DNA of 32,000 bases from Prochlorococcus sp. MIT 0801. GTDB taxonomy: Bacteria > Cyanobacteriota > Cyanobacteriia > PCC-6307 > Cyanobiaceae. Each line of letters begins with the position of its first letter. Position 1 is the first letter of the stretch. A program made the position numbers and the translations under genes. Where the stretch lies: the NCBI RefSeq assembly GCF_000757865.1, contig NZ_CP007754.1, forward strand, positions 600,001 to 632,000, in the 5' to 3' direction. The notes beneath the pieces were generated by a model that was given only the letters and a program-made list of their open reading frames with translations, was not told where the DNA came from and made no database searches. Shown in pieces: positions 30,688 through 32,000 of the stretch.

Positions 30688-30923
30688 GAACTTATTTGCC
30701 AATAGGGGCAAGTGTGACGCATAGCCGGTACTTTTGCGACATATTTGAATATCTTGATTAGCACTTTCACATCTAATGACATTGATCCCTGCGGAATGAT
30801 TTGATTTCTTTAGGCATAAATTTTTCCTCTTAAAAACGTAAAACCTTCTTTCTTTGCGGTTATTAAGGGAAAATTTGCTTTAAAATGAAAGTTAGCTAAG
30901 AAGAAACTGTATTTATTCAAATC

Positions 30924-32000
30924 GTGGAAAATCATTCATTAACAAAACCTCCTCTTTCCTTACCTTCTTTTTCGATTCCGAAAATTAGTCTTTTTATTGG
31001 GCTAACTATTACCGGTCAATGGGTTTTAAGTGATGTGGCCCATATCCCTGGGGGTGGACTTGGATTGCTATTAGGGCTTGGTTGTATTTTTTATTTTTTA
31101 AAACCAGGAAAGGTTTCATTTGATGCTCCCTCTACTGTTCAAGGATGGGTAAGAAGATGTCATGACGTTTTAGAGAATTTTGAGTATTTACTTGAGGATG
31201 GAGAACAAAGTGAAAGAAAAAAAGAAAGAATTAATTCCTTGCAAAAAATTATTGATAGAAGCGAAGATCAAAGCATTGGTTTCTTGAAAACAAAAGGCGT
31301 AAAATTACCTGATAAAGAGCAATTGGAAAAAGTTTTAGGAATAAATAATCAAATAAAAGTTTCTTTTCCACCAGCTCTTCCTGTAAGAGATCGAAATTGG
31401 ATTTTGCCAGATTTAATCCAAGATCAAGATTTTATTGTTTATTCTTTGGCACTTCCAATGAGCGCAGCTGATCTTTTGTGGATTAAAAATATCCCTACAG
31501 ATCAACCAGCCTGGCTAATGGTTGCCAGTAAAGAATCTACTGATTGGTCTGACGAGCGAAATGCATTAGAGGCTCAATTACCAGATAGATGGACTAACAG
31601 AGTATTGAAATGGGATGGATCTCAAACAGAAATGGCAACGGTTCTTTCTCCAATTAAGAAACTTCTTGAAAATCCAAAGAAGAATACAGACATTACTAAG
31701 CAAAGACTTTTGTCTCGATTGCATACTTCTTGGCAAAAAGATTTGGAAAAATTAAGAAGAGAAAAATTTAAGGTTATTCAAACAAGATCTCAGTGGATAG
31801 TTGCTGGTATCGTTTTCGCCTCCCCTGTTGCCTCAACTGATTTGCTTGCAGTTGCAGTGGTTAATGGCTTGATGATCAAAGAAATGTCGAAAATATGGTC
31901 TTCCAAAATGAAGCCAGAATTACTTGAGGCAGTCTCACGACAACTAGCAATGGCTGCAATTGCTCAAGGAGTGGTCGAATGGAGTGGACAGTCCTTGTTG
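30924..32000 (+). CDS. DUF697/YcjF-like membrane protein, N-terminal 359 codons (3' end lies outside the window)
   Basis: This frame is open from the stop at 30897-30899 to the window edge, so it is absent from the ORF track. The first start candidate is GTG at 30924. An N-terminal TM segment is present, and the C-terminal part (IVAGIVFASPVASTDLLAVAVVNGLMIKEMSKIW) resembles DUF697. Confidence 0.6.
   Translation, partial: MENHSLTKPPLSLPSFSIPKISLFIGLTITGQWVLSDVAHIPGGGLGLLLGLGCIFYFLKPGKVSFDAPSTVQGWVRRCHDVLENFEYLLEDGEQSERKKERINSLQKIIDRSEDQSIGFLKTKGVKLPDKEQLEKVLGINNQIKVSFPPALPVRDRNWILPDLIQDQDFIVYSLALPMSAADLLWIKNIPTDQPAWLMVASKESTDWSDERNALEAQLPDRWTNRVLKWDGSQTEMATVLSPIKKLLENPKKNTDITKQRLLSRLHTSWQKDLEKLRREKFKVIQTRSQWIVAGIVFASPVASTDLLAVAVVNGLMIKEMSKIWSSKMKPELLEAVSRQLAMAAIAQGVVEWSGQSLL

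Noticed and set aside
30728-30741. GTA-N8-ACA, resembling an NtcA site (GTA-N8-TAC), in the divergent spacer.
   Set aside because: The right half does not match, and I saw no appropriately spaced -10 box. Chance occurrence is likely.
30758-30766. TTAGCACTT, resembling the left half of a CIRCE heat-shock operator (TTAGCACTC-N9-GAGTGCTAA).
   Set aside because: There is no matching right half-site at the required 9-nt spacing, and no chaperone gene is adjacent.
30558-30782. 74-aa ORF overlapping the 5' end of the RGG-protein gene in another frame.
   Set aside because: There is no motif. It overlaps the compositionally distinctive RGG ORF and extends into the divergent promoter region, so it is probably spurious.
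1-32000. A search by eye for tRNA, rRNA, CRISPR repeats, long direct or tandem repeats, transposase, integrase or phage genes, toxin-antitoxin pairs and defence systems.
   Set aside because: None were found. All sizeable ORFs are housekeeping or conserved cyanobacterial genes in a compact syntenic-looking arrangement. I do not claim a mobile or defence island here.

Overview
AT-rich (roughly 35-37% GC by eye) chromosomal core segment of a marine picocyanobacterium. Gene content and protein sequences point to a low-GC Prochlorococcus: plastocyanin, NdhD, a c6-like cytochrome, a group-2-like sigma factor, and Ycf51-like and TamB/TIC236-like proteins. This assignment is inference only. About 30 tightly packed protein genes are present: trpA (3' end), a YciI-like gene, a sigma factor string, hisIE, a PTPS-like gene, clpB, petE, an SDR, hemE, glgB, an S15 hydrolase, a TamB-like giant, proA, folB, a lipase-like hydrolase, prlC, ndhD, thrB, glk, thrS, trpS, and a DUF697-like gene running off the 3' edge. 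Two long minus-strand co-directional runs dominate (14978 to 7197 and 30711 to 21455). I found no rRNA, tRNA, CRISPR array, transposase, integrase, phage gene or recognisable defence gene. This looks like ordinary housekeeping genome, not an accessory island, and I cannot point to a clear novel system. The most unusual items are: (1) an uncharacterised RGG-rich protein with a ribbon-helix-helix-like core, abutting trpS in frame; (2) a divergent sigma factor packed with a DUF1232 membrane protein, a small HTH-like protein and a c6-like cytochrome; (3) several stop/start junctions that use non-ATG starts, including folB TAA|TTG lipase in the same frame; (4) a conserved-looking internal GTG start with a Shine-Dalgarno sequence (SD) inside clpB; (5) two convergent gene pairs whose 3' ends overlap; (6) two unusually long AT-rich spacers in an otherwise compact region.
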